A stretch of 64,000 nt of DNA from Antedon mediterranea (taxonomy: Eukaryota; Animalia; Echinodermata). The notes below the pieces were generated by a model that saw nothing but the letters and a program-made list of their open reading frames with translations, did no database searches and was not told where the DNA came from. Below are positions 34,801 to 48,200 of this stretch, piece after piece (position 1 is the first letter of the stretch; each line of letters starts with the position of its first letter). The stretch lies in contig NC_092679.1 in assembly GCF_964355755.1 (NCBI RefSeq), positions 3,564,201 through 3,628,200 on the forward strand, written 5' to 3'. The position numbers and the translations under genes were made by a program.

Positions 34801-37800
34801 ATGCAGAGTGGTACGATCTCTAGGCCTAGTGGCCTGTTGTGTTGACAATGTCTTTTATTGATGTATTATTAATCTTTCTGGTAAAACATAACACTCAATT
34901 ATCGAAACAATATTTGTAATTATGTTTTCTTGAATTACTCAATTTTCAGGATGTAGGAGGCCTCTTTAAACTTTAAAAGATGAAACTTCTTGTTCCTATT
35001 TTATTTTTAATACTAATTATAGGCCTATGAATAGGCCTGGGTAGGTAGGCTAGACCCTGATATTCTTGTTCTTTTTTTTGTTTAAATAAAAAATGCATAT
35101 GTTCGATAAAGATCTCCTAAAAGCTTAATTAATACCAGTACTTTAATAGTGGAATGAATTTCATTAAAATATTTACACAATTGTTTACAAATTAAATTTC
35201 AATTACAATTTTATTTCTACTCATAAGTTAAATATAAAAAAGCTTAAAAATAAATCTGATTGCATTATTGAGCAGCGATTTTTGATAAATATTTATGAAA
35301 ATAATCTTTGATTCTTCTACAGTCACCAGCTACACATCATTACACTGCTTAAAGTAGTATAGGCCTAGTACTGTATACTGCAGATTAAACCAATTTTAAT
35401 AAATTAAGAATACAATTAATTCCAAAATGTAATTATTAAAAATGAAATTGTTTTCTTATGATATGACAATAGACATCCTTATTGAGTTAAAACCACCTAT
35501 TGATAAAAAATAATTAACATAATAATGAGAATATTTCCATATGATTTTTAACCTCAGGTCACTTTCAAACAATCATATTATGACCTTGTTTATTTACTTA
35601 TTTAGAATGCATATTTCATAGCCCTTTATTTTCAACAGCCCTTTATTTTAACAACCCTTTATCTTTATAATTACCATTTAATGATTGATGTTTTGTTATG
35701 GAATTTTAAAGGGTTTTGTAAAAGATCTATATTTCTTATCAGTCCCACTTTGTTAATGTAAGTATTAATGATGTCAAGAGGAATGAATGAGAACGAATTG
35801 ATTTCATAAAAAAAGATAAAAAACCATGGGTTCATGTTGTTGGTTTTGGGGTTTAAGAATATCTCGGAGTGGCTATAAGATGATTTAGGATGTGTTGATC
35901 AACTGTCTATAAGATAATTATTCACCAACTTTTTATGTTCTTGGTTTTCTCTGATTGTCAACAGAATTTTATTTCCTTTTCTAAAGCTCTGTCTACACTA
36001 TCATACTCGTTTGACAAAAAAAAGTGTGATCTGCCCAAATATGGTAGGTAGTGATATTACAAATATGGTAGTGATATGACATCATCATGTCAATACAGTA
36101 TGTGGGCACATCACATTTTCTCGTCACATAAAGTTTGATAATGTTTTAGAAGATGTATGGTATGACTGAAATTATATTGGTCTTTCTTTCCACCAATTCT
36201 TCATATAAAAAAATCCTTTTTTTGTAATAAATCCAATGACATTGATGGCTGGCTTATCTAACAGTATTGTATTTGTTAACATTTAGTCTGGTACTTATTA
36301 ATAGCCATACATCTGTCCTTTTGTGATGGTTCTATGCATTTTCATGTGTTTATTGCAAATCTGCCATAAGTACTGTTTAAGTCCTAAAGAACTAAATATT
36401 TCATGACCTTTAGTTTTAATCTCTTAGAAATGAATGACATCAAGATATACATGCTGACTTCATTTAACCTATAAAGCTATGTCTACACTTATCAAACATT
36501 GTGACAAGAACAAATGTGATAATAACATCATCATGTCCATATATAGGCACATCACATTTTGTTGTCACATAAAGTTTGATAGTGTGGACAGAGCCTTACA
36601 TTGGAGCTGATACAATTTCCTACATACTGTATTGTTTTCTCTCCTATACAAGTATTAAATGTGGACAAAACATAATTGAAATATAGCTGAAGGAGGGGGG
36701 GGGGGTGGGGAATTTTATTCAGGAAATGTATCTACGTAATTTTATAATAATAGAACTGGGCAATTTTGTTTATTATGTAATCAGTAACTGTTGGTTATTG
36801 TATACACATTACAATACAAAGAAAGTTAATTGTTACGATTTTTACCACAAAATCTGTAATCTCAATCTACACCTGGTGAGAAAAACCAGAAAACTATCTT
36901 TACCATTGAAACACAATACAAATTTTTGTTCACATGGTGTTACGAACCTTAAACGCATTGTCTTATTCATATTTTCCACGTGAAAGCCTCTAGAGCATAG
37001 TCTTGTGAGTGTTGTGTACATTTCTAATACTGCTTTCCGCTTGAATGAGCCGATACACTTATACCCGTGTTTTATGCAACAAAGCTTGAGATTGTGTCGT
37101 AATTATTGTCAAATTATTTCCAGTAGTAGATTAAAGATAGTTTGAGATTTTTGCAACTGTTAGTGTAACACGGTTAGTTATCAGATAAACCATAAATAGT
37201 ACCTGACCTTACTGTATTTTACTGTAACTGTAAGTACTGTACTGAATTTTGTTTGTGTGTGTTTCATATGTTTTATTTTTTTCAAACTTCTGTTGCAGAG
37301 ACTAAAACAAACTGCAGCAACTGTAGAAAAACTGTTTAACTTGTCATTTTAGCAATCATTTTGAGGTTATACTTCAAACTATTTTATTGCATTGGCTCAG
37401 CTGCCTCATAAACTTCTCCATTGAAACATAATAAAATCATATGTTATTGCAGTAATAAAATGCAATTACTGCAGTAACTGCAGTAGAATACTTGTTGAGA
37501 TGATGATCCATCCCGTTAGTCTCTGCAATAGAATGTTGTTATGACAAAAGATAGTATATAAACCAAAGTAAAATGTGTGTATTTCCAAGTTAGCTATCTA
37601 TAATCAAATTGTTTGTAGATTCATATTATATTATTATGTTTTGCAGAGAAATTTGTATTTTTCCTCATGGGACACATTTTGTGTTTATTGTTCCTTCTGG
37701 TGTTCCTCTTCTAGCAGTGGTTTACTTCCTCATCTGTTAATATGATTATAATTATTTTATTCCAGCAGAGTTCAATCTGTAATCATTTTAAAATTGAAGT

Positions 37801-37859
37801 AGCTCCCAGTGTCAGTTTTGCTGTATGCAAACTAAAGCTGGGTACAACCAACATATTTG

Positions 37860-38150
37860 TACCGTATATCTTCGGGTATAATCCCACTTCTGGTCTAAGC
37901 CCACCCCCTACTTTATGTCTGAATTCACAAACAGGCATATCCCCGGGTATAGTCCAAGTACTGTATTAACTTTTTGTATGGATGTAGGCCTCTCTCTCTA
38001 GCCAGTTCAGATGAGTTTTTATAAGAAATGCTTACCATGCCAATTTTTTTTTTTTCCTGAATCAGGATTTCCTCAGGTATAGTCCCACCCCCTAAAGTCA
38101 GTCCAATTTCGTGTTCTAAGGGGGTGGGATTATACCAGAGGATATACAGG
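37860..38150. mobile_element. Tc1/mariner-like MITE (CCGTA termini); inverted sister copy at 38929-39205
   Basis: accgtatatcttcgggtataatcccac ... gtgggattataccagaggatatac; related tataatccca fragments at ~1763-1860, ~9188-9320 and ~46120-46285. Confidence 0.62.
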
Positions 38151-39298
38151 AAGTACTCTCTATGTGGAGAATTCCATTTCTCAGCTTTATGTGGTGACGA
38201 GTGTACAGTAGTACAGTGTAACAACTGACATGTTAATTTTCGACATTTACTTAGTTCGTTTATAGTAAATTACATAATATAATGTTAAAGCAAACCTTTC
38301 TTCACCTGTGGGGAGAGCTATAATATAACTTTGAAAGATACAGTGGTATATATTGTATCATAAATCCCAAAGTTGTAAGAGTTTAATTTGCTAATTGGAC
38401 TATAATTTATTTGTAAAAGATACCCCCAGGGTGGTGTTTAAGACTTCAAAGTGTTTCATTGTTGTTTATTGTTCCAAATTATGTAGGCAGTTACACAAAA
38501 GTTTGTTTTATGCTCATTTAGTTAATGATGAATGGGTCATTCTTGTGTATTGCCTCCATCGCGGCGATTGTAAAACGCTTTGTGTTCCGAGTATTATAGT
38601 CGCCATCGTGGAAATAGGGTTAAAAGTTTAATCTGTTTAGAGATCTTTTTGAAGTATTTGTGTATGCTGTAATTTGTAATGTAACATCTAAAGTAAGGTC
38701 ATTAATATTATCAGAATGAAACATCTTTGCATTTATTTCAGACTAGATGAATTATCATACAAAAAGAAATTAATTTTGATACTATAGTAATCGTATGTTT
38801 AACCCATCCAAATTATGAATTCATATAGTCGTATTGGGAGATCAATTATTAGAATATCATTAAAAGAATATTTCATTAAAAGGAAATGAATACTATTAAA
38901 TGAATAGTACGTACTTACTATAGTAGTAACGTATATCCTCTGGTATAATGCCACCCCCCTCCCCCCTAGAACACACAATTGGGGTGACTTTGGGTAGGAG
39001 GGGGAGGAGAATATACCTGGGGAAACACCTGAAAAAATATGATTGGTTAGCATTTCTTGTAAAAACTCATCTGAACTGGCAAGAGAGAGGCCTACATCCA
39101 GATTAAAAGTGAATACTGGGACTATACCTGGGGATATGTATGTTTGTGAAATCAGACATAAAGTAGGGGGTTGCATTAGACCAGAATCCGAGGATATATC
39201 GTATATAGTGTGTCTCAGATGTAGAAAATGAAAGAATTTTTTGTTGATGAACATCTAATTACAGTAATAATAATTGTTTTACTTTTTTCAGCCTCACC

Positions 39299-42200
39299 AT
39301 GAGTTCAACCCACGGGCCTTTTATCCCTATGGTCTCCTCGTCACCTCCACCTATGGATGACGGTGGGTTCGATGATGATGAGGACGATTTTGGATCATTT
39401 TCTCACTACTCATCTGACCTATCTGGAACACCATCAACTCGTAAAGGTCACAAAGAATCCAAACCAGATGTATTTGTTAGTAATACTATACATAACGGAA
39501 ATGGAGACCAATTTGGTTCTTTTGGAAAAAATGGTGATGATTTTGGTGACTTTGCTGACGCCTCTAATGGAAATAGGTCATCTAATACTTTAACTAAAGA
39601 AGCTGATGAAACTCAACTGACAAATGGAAACTCGTCCAACCTAGATGATTGGCAGAATAAACATAATCAATTAGAAAAAATAGATGGTACAAAACAAACA
39701 CTTGATTTATTTTCCGAATTTCACAACTCAAATGATGGCAAAGATGCCATTTCAAAAGACAGTACGTCAATATCCAGTATGGATGATGACTTTTCTGATT
39801 TCAGTGCCTTTACATCTGGTGCAGCGTCTGGAAATTCTCCAGATGAAGAAGTTCCTTCTAGGAGGAAAGACGAACAATGTGATAATCAAATCTCAAAAAC
39901 ATTTAATCCCATTAAAAACTCTAAAGAAATTGATTTTGATACAAGATTAAAAGAATCAAGTGATGATAAGTTGGAAAATGTAAATAACTCTGAAAGTGCA
40001 ATGACCTTAGAGAAAGATAGAATAGTTCCCAAAAGCAATGCATTCCAAATTGATACCTTGAGTGACCATAATAATGGTCACTTCTATGATGATGATTTCG
40101 CAGACTTTGACTCGGAAAGGAGTGGTAAAACTGAAACTGATGGTCTGAATGACAAAACACCAGTAGGTTCCACTTTTAATCAGAAAGACAATGAATCTCA
40201 AAGTTTAACAAAAGCTAACGCTCAATGTCAAGATGATGATTTTGCAAATTTCACATCACCGATTAGAAATAATATATCTGAAACTGTTTCACATGAAAAA
40301 CAGAACACTATATCTGAAAATGTTTCCGCAGATACAGATTGTGATTTTGGTGCAATTGACTCAAGACCAGTAATTAAATCAGATGATTTTAGTGATTTTG
40401 ATTCTAAATCTGCAGATAATTTTGGTAATTTTGATTCTAAACCAGCAGAAAAATCAGATGATTTTGGTGATTTTGATTCTAAATCGGCAGATAAATCAGA
40501 TGATTTTGGTGATTTTAATTCAAAATCGGCAGATAAATCAGATGATTTTGATTCTAAACCGGCAGATAAATCAGATGATTTTGATTCTAAACCGGCAGAT
40601 AAATTGGATAATTTTGGTGATTTTGATTCAAAATCTGCAGATAAATCGGATGATTTTGGTGATTTTGATTCTAAACCTGCAGACAAATCAGATGATTTTG
40701 GTAATTTTGATTCAAAACCACCATCTTTGTCAAAAGACAATTTTAAACAACAAGCAAATGATTTTGGCAAATTTGAGTCCAAAACAAATTCTTCAGATAA
40801 TTTTGGTAATTTTGAAAACTTTACCAAGCAAGAGTTTGATGAAGAAAATAGAAAAGATGATGATTTTGGTGAAGGCTTCAAATCATTCCAACAGACTGAA
40901 GATGATGGTTTTGGAGAATTTGGAAACTTTCAAGAATCAAACACATCTGAATTCGGTGCTTTTTCTCAAAATGAGCCAAAAAAGGGTACTGATTTTGGGG
41001 AGTTTGGTACATTTCAAGAATCATCAAAGAAGGAACCAAATGACGATGAATTTGGAGATTTTGGCAGTTTTTCAAGCAGTAACAAAACTTCAGATGCTTT
41101 TGGAAAGTTTAGCACCGCATCAAGTGAACCAAAAGTAGCAGAAATACCCAAGGTATGGAAAGTTAATACTGTTATAATAAGAGCATTACAAAATATTATT
41201 TTTGATGTTTACCTTTTTGATCAATACCTCTATCTACTGTACTATGATATCTTCAATTCCCATTTGTACAAAACAATCTCCACTGTGCAAATAATTTCCT
41301 TAAGAAACAGTTTGTTTAACACTGCAACATTTACAGAACTCCACAGCAAAAAGTCAATAATTACGCTCTACAATTGCAACTAAAAATCAATATTAGTGAC
41401 AGTGTTATCATATGAAATAATAGAATATGGATTAAAACATATATATAATTGTATTTTTATAAAATTTCATTTATAGTACAGTAGATGCAATACTTGTATT
41501 ATTATTTTAATGCAAAATGTAATGTATTCAATAACAATAATATGATAATTGAAATTATTGTTGGACGGGAGCATGAATATTATTTTTTTAAACTTGTTTC
41601 TTGTATTGTAGGTGTCTGGAAACAAGTTGGAGCAGGTTTTCTGTTTTTGCTTTCCGTGTAGCAACGGCGACGTCGACACAGACAACACGATCAATCTCCT
41701 GCTTGATGTCATTAAAAAGGAAACAAATGATGAGCTTAAAAGGAACAAGAAAGGGTAATTCATTATAAACACACATTTACACCTGTTAGCTATTGTAACT
41801 GGGTAGTACATCCTATAAATATATATTCTAATTTATTTGCACATATGCTGTAGTAGACATTGTACTTTAGGATACATTGTTTGATACAGTGACCAGAGTA
41901 GTATGTGAAGCATTGAGTAGTCCTATATGAGATTGACATATTAGTATTATTTATTAGTAGTCAATATTCTAGTGAAGTAGTGTTCATGTAAGGTACAGTA
42001 AGTTTCATCTAAAGCTCTGTCCACACTATCAAACTAGTTTGACCAACATAAAGTGTGATGTGCCCAAATATGGCAATAATATGACATTGTTTCCATATGG
42101 GCATATCATTTTTTTTCCACGTAAAGTTTGATAGTGTAGACAAAACTTTAGGTACAATAAGCTTTTATTTTTTTAGCAATTTCAAGCTCAAGTTTTCAAT

Positions 42201-45200
42201 TCAGTGCCTTTGCCGATTGCACTTGTACATCATACATTTAATTCCTTTCTAGCAAAGCATCCTGTTGCTTTTCCAGCCCTCTATAATAAACGACATGCAT
42301 CTATGCTTTCAAGGCGTTTGTAAACTTATGTCTCTGTGGTCTAAGGTGTGTAGTGTATCCTAATGAACTTTAAATGTTGGGTTTTACCTTTCAGCCTTGC
42401 AGCTATAAATATATGGGATCAACTCCAGAATATGGAGAAAACAAACGCACTTACATACCAGTGGGCAAACTCAAGTAATAACAAGCAGTTACTTACTGCC
42501 CTGGCCATAGATACAAGAAACATTGTAAGTATAACTATCAATAGGCCTGCTGTTTTATTTTCATCTATACTTATTATGTATACTTCAGCTATAAATATGT
42601 TTGAATTTCTTTATTTAATGGTGGATTTTTTGGTTTGTGCTTGTTCTTCCTTCTAATAGACAGTATTACATTATGCTTAGTAAAGTTTATGTAATTGTGA
42701 AATCTCAGCTTAATGATATGATATTGCCCGGTAGCTTGTCTGCATTATCATTGTTAAAGACCCCTTCCCTGCAATTTTGGACGTTTTTTGGAAAATAATA
42801 CATATATATCACTTTAAAAACATTAAACCATGTCATTCCTTGTCTTAAATGTACGTTTTATGGTAAATTATGATAAAAAGTGAGAAACAATGCACTACCT
42901 AAGTAGCTCGCGGCGATCGACCTCTCGTGGACGGTCTCAGCCTAGCCTAGCTAGGCTTAGTTCTGTAGGCCTAGCTGGTAAACATCGGTAACGTACGAAC
43001 ATCGTACGCTAGCTATATACCTAGCCTGACGTTGTATAGTTGCTGCATTAATTATCTTTCTATTTTTGCCAGACTCCGTTGATACAAATTGGGGAAAACC
43101 CGGTATTTTCGCTGAAAAGTTAGGAGTCTTCCATTTGTTTTGGCTTCACGATCGATCGAAAAGTGGGCGAATTACAGGTGAAAAACAACAATATCAATCC
43201 GCGCGCAATGCATTTTGGGATTTATAGCGGGCCGCTATAATTATTAAAATCGATTTATTTTTCACATTTTTAACCGTTTAAAGACGAAAAAAGTTATCGC
43301 AATAGGACCATATAGTATTATTTTTACATTAAATATAGTTTGTGACCTTAAATTAGATCTAAAAAACGTAGGGAATGGGGCTTTAATAGCCAACAACTTT
43401 TTTTGGACCGTTTGTTTTAAAGACCAACACTCTTTATTCTGGTGCAGTCAGAATCATACACATTATTAAAATGACTGCCCCATGAACTTCTGCATTAAAA
43501 TATACTACAATCCTTGTTGAAGTACAAATTGTATTTACTGCAGTAACTGCAGTGGAGTGATTCTGACATTGTCCTATCCCTTATTCATCCATAAGAAATA
43601 TGTTCTACTGCCCTCTATAGAAAATGGCCGTAGCTACTTCATAATTATGTTTCCATCTGACGATATAGACAGATAATGTATAAGAACTTGTGCTAATAAA
43701 TGTTTGAATCTTATCTGCTGCCCTCTATTTCAAATGACAATTAGCTACTGGATAATGAGTTAAGGAAAGCTAGATGAATGTGAACTTCCCTTGCAATGGT
43801 TATCTCTGATCCTCACACATCTGCTTATTGGATATGTCTGTCCTGTGGGACCTTAGGGAGTTAAACCGTAATAAGCCTAGTGCCTGGCTCATTGTCGTAG
43901 CCAAGTAGCAATTCCATGATCACTTGTATATATTATTCTTACAACCTGCTGTTTGATATATATACACACTCTATAATACAGTATTAATAAGTACCGTAGA
44001 GTCCCGATTTTGAGACAACCCTATTCATGGGTCTCTTTCTCATGAACCGAATGACACGCAATATACTTAACATTACGACCAATCACAATTCAGAGGACAG
44101 CCCTGTTACAGGACACCCTAAAATTTAAATCGACACATCGCCCTTTCATAGTCCATTATGTTCGAATGGTATTATAATAACTAACCTAGACGACTATGCA
44201 CAGTACGACCTTTAATACGATGACCTACTTTTAATTTTTTAATGTTTACCGTAACTTAAAGTATAATATTAAAAATTTATGATTCATAGTATTTATAGCA
44301 GAATGCATGAATATATTTAAATACAGGAAATTATACATGCATTAGAAAAAAAAAACATTCATAATTCATCAAAATTGCAAAAAAATCATAATTGTGGTGA
44401 TCAATGAGGTATATTAATAACTCATTAACTAGTGTAATTGTATTAATAACCTCTGACCTGTGCCACACCATATATGGTAGTAGGAGTGACACTTAGGCAA
44501 GGTCAACTGTAGTGTTAATATACAGCAAGGCACCATTGCAAATATATATATATATATATAAAATATATATTGCACTGATGAAGGGCTAGTGTTGCCCGAA
44601 AGCTCTGCTAACTTTTCTGGCTGTTTACTTTATCGTTTTGATTTAGCTTTTCGCTTTTATTTTGTATCTCCATTGAGATCCAGCCACTGATACCCACAGC
44701 ATTGTCATTTTTTTCAGTAATTTGCCTTTGGATTTATATATATATATATATATAATATATCCAAGTGTGTTGTACAGTTTGTAATGCTTTACTATATGTG
44801 TTGATTGACAAGACTGTACTCAAACTCGAACTACAAAATTACACATGAAAATTTTGTTACTGCACTAAATATTATATTGTCAAACTATAATACCTTTTTT
44901 AAGTTATTTGATGCTAGCGTTTTCGTTACTTTATAGTAATTATCTATTTTCCAAAAACAATTTTTAAATGCGCAAGTCTGCATAGGGACGTCACACACCA
45001 GCCTGTGTGGAGCCTCGCTTTGCATTAAAAACTGAATTGCTGTGAAACTGTGCCAATTTTACAAAGAGAATTAACTATTTGAATGTTGACAGGATTTTTG
45101 TAAACATTAATTTGTAACATTCAAACTATATTTTTTCAGCTGTCTTCCAAGAAGAGACCAACGCCAATATTTGCATCAGATTTAGGCCTTTTGATTCCAA

Positions 45201-48200
45201 GTAAAGCAGGAGAGAAACTTGAAAAACCACAGGAAGCTGTTCCAGAAGAACCACTTGTCTCTACCAGTAAACCTGCTGCTATTCCAGATGAGGTGAGCCT
45301 AGAAAACACTTATGCTGACCTAAAGTAGAACCTTATTAAAGAGACACCATTAGGATTCAACAATGGGTCCTAATAGGGATGTCCCCTGAATAGTGTTTAG
45401 CCATAGTGTTAAACATATATTGTCCCTTGTTCAAGTGTCCCCTTTATAGAAGTGTTCCCAAAATAAGGGTGTTCCAAAGGAGGATTTGTATTTAAATTAT
45501 TAAATACATTTCAAATGTCACTTTGACATGAATGTAAAGTATGCATTGTTTTTCTGGTGTTATGTTTTTCAAGTAATGTTTTGTGTTAATAATTAATAAA
45601 TGTTAGATATTTAAATTATTCTTAATCAGCCCCATTCTCATCAGACGTTACATAATTTTGACTAATAAACAAAATAGCATAATGTGACTTTGGATTTGTT
45701 CACGAATCGGACATAATCCCAGGACAGCCAGGCATCGACACCATAGGGAAATGCATAATTAATTTCGACGTGATGCTACTAACGAGAGGAGACACCTCGT
45801 TTTACACAGCAGAAACCGTAGTTGTCCTAGTATCGTTATCTCTAACTAACGTGCAATTGAACAAAATCTTTTGTGTTGATAGATGGTAGGAACTATGTAT
45901 GTGTAGTTGTAAAATGATAAAGTGTGAAACGTACAATGCTGCAATACAGTAGAAACCAAAAGGGATTCTGGGATATCTTCTGTACTGAACAGGAATTATC
46001 TGTAACGTACACCTTAGTCTTCCATCTAAAAGGTCAAATGACACATATTTGACCTTGTGTATACAATGTGCGAATCTTAAGACAAGTTTATAGAACTTGT
46101 GATAACATTATGACTGAGTATAATCCAAGGTGTTCTGGGTACAAAATTAGATGCAAATTAGGCGGTGGAATTAGGCGGTGGAATTAGGCGGTGGAATTAT
46201 GCTCGAATTGTATTAACAATGGGATTGTCTTTTTTTCAAATTTAGTCTAAATAAGGGTGTGGCATTATACTTGGTCATATACGGTAGTGTTTTCCATTAA
46301 GCAGTTTGTATAGCAAGTGTCCTCTGTTTGAATGAGTCGCGTTTAAATAAGTGTCCTGTTTAAGCGAGTGTCCTGTTTAAGCGAGTGTCCTGCTTAAACG
46401 AGTGTCCTGTTTGAAAGAGTGTCCTGTTTAAGTGAGTGTCCTGCTTAAGCGAGTGTCCTGTTTGAATGAGTGTCCTGTTTAAGTGAGTGTCCTGCTTAAG
46501 CGAGTGTCCTGCTTAAACGAGTGTCCTGTTTGAATGAGTGTCCTGTTTAAGTGAGTGTCCTGCTTAAGTGAGTGTCCTGTTTGAATGAGTGTCCTGTTTA
46601 AGTGAGTGTCCTGCTTGAATGAGTGTCCCGTTTAAATGAGTCTCCCGTTTAAATGAGTCTCCCGTTTAAATGAGTCTCCCGTTTAAATGAGTGTCCTGCT
46701 TGAATGAGTTTCCTGTTTAAGCGAGTGTCCTGTTTGAATGAGTGTCCTGTTTGAAAGAGTGTCCTGTTTGAATGAGTGTCCTGCTTGAATAAGTGTCCTG
46801 TTTAAGCGAGTGTCCTGCTTAAACGAGTGTCCTGTTTGAATGAGTGTCCTGTTTGAAAGAGTGTCCTGTTTAAACGAGTGTCCTGTTTGAATGACTGTCC
46901 TGTTTGAAAGAGTGTCCTGTTTAAGTGAGTGTCCTGTTTGAATGAGTGTCCTGTTTGAATGAGTGTCCTGTTTGAAAGAGTGTCCTGCTTAAACGAGTGC
47001 CCTGTTTGAATGAGTGTCCTCTTTGAAAGAGTGTCCTGTTTAAGTGAGTGTCCTGTTTGAATGAGTGTCCTGTTTAAGTGAGTGTCCTGCTTTAACGAGT
47101 GTCCTGTTTGAATGAGTGTTCTGTTTAAGTGACTGTCCGGCTTGAATAAGTGTCCGGTTTAGGCAAGTTTCCTGATTTTAAAGCTCTGGCTACACTATCA
47201 AACTAGTTTGAAAAAAAGTGTGATGTGCCTAAATATTGTAGCGATATACCTAAATATGGTAGTGATATGCCTTAATATGGTAGTGATATGATATCATCAT
47301 GTCTATATGGGCACATTACATTTTTTTGTCGCATAAAGTTTAATAGTGTAGACAGAGCTTAATAGGTTTTCATTTGAGTAAATTATCCCAGTATAAATAA
47401 AGTACCTCAGTAACTAATAGCAATAAACATTTTATAGGCTACTTAATCAAATGATTAATATCCTTATTCATGTCATTGTAACATTCTTCTGTTTAATTTC
47501 TGTAGGAATCTTCTACCAAGCTTGAATTTGATTGGTCTGGGAGTGGTTTAACTAATCCATTAGATGGTAGGTACATCTAACTAATTAATATGCATAGATT
47601 ATTGACTATAATACTATTTTTTTCACTGTTTCAGAAAGAAATATTTCATTTTATGTGCAAAACTGTTTTTGTTTTTGTTTAAAATGATTTTTAAGTGATT
47701 GACAAATGTATTCATTTAAAATTGTTTCTACTTATTTTAGCTAACAGTTTAAACTTGGATTTCTTTGTCATAGAGACAAAGTCCTCGTTCAAAAGCAAAA
47801 GGTCATTTACAGGTAAAGGTCAAACTTGATACTGCCCTCATCTTTTTTTTAACTGTTGTTTTTGTTTAGCATGATCTTGGTTTCATATTTAACAATTTTC
47901 AAATATTATGGTTTTGGTTTTTTCATCTTTTTTTTTCTTTTACTACATTGTTTTTTAAATATTTCTTATAGTTTTTCTGAATACATAACTTATGATGGTT
48001 TGTTCATGCTTCTTTCTTTGATATTTAGAATTCATCTAATCTAATAAATATGTTTGTGAATTTTGTCTTTGGTAGTATAGAGATGATGTTAAAGATTTGT
48101 TTTATATTTTGTAACTAACCAACTGTTTAAAAATGTATCTATTTTTATCTAAAACATTTTCACCAAATGAATACAATTTACCTTAACTTTTATGTCAAGT

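Noticed and set aside
40228-41138. Overlapping long ORFs (251 aa plus, 217 aa minus) inside aftiphilin
   Set aside because: Shadow frames of the GAT/TTT-rich coding repeat; no independent start context or domain.
46316-47170. CRISPR-like or coded array (constant GAGTGTCC with variable tail)
   Set aside because: Units are contiguous 17-mers with a few recurring variants, no unique spacers, no cas genes, eukaryotic intron; an ordinary minisatellite.
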